This document shows, piece by piece, positions 23,297-24,000 of a stretch of 24,000 nt of DNA. Source of the DNA: an uncultured beta proteobacterium (GTDB lineage: Bacteria; Pseudomonadota; Gammaproteobacteria; Burkholderiales; JAEUMW01). Location: assembly GCA_963747225.1 (NCBI GenBank), contig CAVVES010000026.1:72449-96448 (forward strand), given 5' to 3'. Each line of letters begins with the position of its first letter. Position 1 is the stretch's first letter. The position numbers and the translations under genes are program-made. A model generated the notes under the pieces. It was not told the origin of the DNA. It was given only the letters and a program-made list of their open reading frames with translations, and did not search any database.

Positions 23297-24000
23297 ATGT
23301 CGTCTCGGCGCCCGTCGTCGAGCAGAACGGTCGCGGCGGTCCTCGCCTTCGTGGCGGTTATCGCGGTGGGCGGGTGCGACAGCGGCGTGCACTATCCCGT
23401 CAACCCGCCCCTGGCGCGACACGATCCCGGGTACGGTCACAGGTTCGAAAACAGCCGGGTGCGTCCGGGCCAGTCCGCGGACGTTCTCGTCGTGTTGCTG
23501 ATTTCCGGAGGAGGTACCCGGGCGGCGGCGCTCGCGTACGGCGCGCTCGAAGCCCTTCGCGATACCCGCGTCGTCGTGGGCGGCAAGCAGGAGACTCTGC
23601 TGGAGGAGGTCGATTACATCAGCGCGGTCTCCGGGGGCAGCGCGGTGGCGGCTTACTACGGCCTTTACCGCGACCGGCTTTTTCACGATTTCGGCGATCG
23701 CTTCCTCTACCGCGACGTGCAAGGTGAACTCAAGTCGAGGCTTGCTCGGAACGCCTGGCGCATCGCGTTCGCCCGCTACGGTCGCGGCGACTTGCTGGGG
23801 GACTATCTGAACGAGCAGATCTTCGACGGCGCGACCTTTCTGGACCTCGCGCGCAATCCCCAGCCCTTCGTCGTCATCAGCGCCACCGACATGTCTCTCG
23901 GCGCCCAGTTTCCGTTCTCGCAGGAGCGCTTCGACCTGATGTGCTCGGATCTCGGCAAGGTATCCGTCGCCAGGGCTGTGGCGGCGTCCATGGCGCTGCC
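23297..24000 (+). CDS. patatin-like phospholipase with lipoprotein signal (5' part; runs off the window)
   Basis: Not in the ORF track because there is no stop in the window. My translation: MSSRRPSSSRTVAAVLAFVAVIAVGGCDSG… (lipobox VGGC), oxyanion motif LISGGGTRAAALAYG, nucleophile motif ISAVSGGSAVAAYYG (GxSxG). Confidence 0.85.
   Translation, partial: MSSRRPSSSRTVAAVLAFVAVIAVGGCDSGVHYPVNPPLARHDPGYGHRFENSRVRPGQSADVLVVLLISGGGTRAAALAYGALEALRDTRVVVGGKQETLLEEVDYISAVSGGSAVAAYYGLYRDRLFHDFGDRFLYRDVQGELKSRLARNAWRIAFARYGRGDLLGDYLNEQIFDGATFLDLARNPQPFVVISATDMSLGAQFPFSQERFDLMCSDLGKVSVARAVAASMAL

Noticed and set aside
1-24000. Search for tRNA/rRNA genes, CRISPR repeats, IS elements or integrases, and ARG boxes upstream of the arg genes
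   Set aside because: I saw no T-loop/acceptor-like patterns, no regularly spaced short repeats, no transposase- or integrase-like ORFs, and no TGAAT-AT-rich-ATTCA palindromes in the relevant leaders. A by-eye scan can miss degenerate sites.

Overview
GC-rich proteobacterial chromosomal segment; family content (arg cluster, NfeD/SPFH pair, a Bug/TctC remnant) hints at a beta- or gammaproteobacterium, but that is inference only. The minus-strand core block is an Orn/Lys/Arg-family decarboxylase, then argD, argF and argG. It is followed by a plus-strand NfeD/SPFH (stomatin-like) pair, a Zn-alcohol dehydrogenase, htpX, a GFA-family protein, an SRPBCC protein, a secreted PHA-depolymerase-like esterase and a universal stress protein. 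Two visibly AT-richer stretches (about 9050-11870 and 18860-20050) and the 3' end hold accessory material: three genes broken by single-base frameshifts, two gene stumps, a cold-shock/Excalibur fusion protein, a large GT-C-like membrane protein, a Rap1a/Tai4-like immunity gene paired with an adhesin-E-like gene, and a lipoprotein/patatin-lipoprotein pair running off the window. I saw no tRNA, rRNA, CRISPR array, transposase or integrase. The most unusual observations: (1) the argF-argG spacer is built from iterated, diverged copies of the argF 3' end. These copies form a chain of ATGA-coupled mini-ORFs that keep the OTCase C-terminal peptide through mostly synonymous changes. (2) Two identically phased FNR/FixK-type class II promoter architectures point at the usp gene. 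All calls rest on reading the sequence and ORF translations by eye; no database search was possible.
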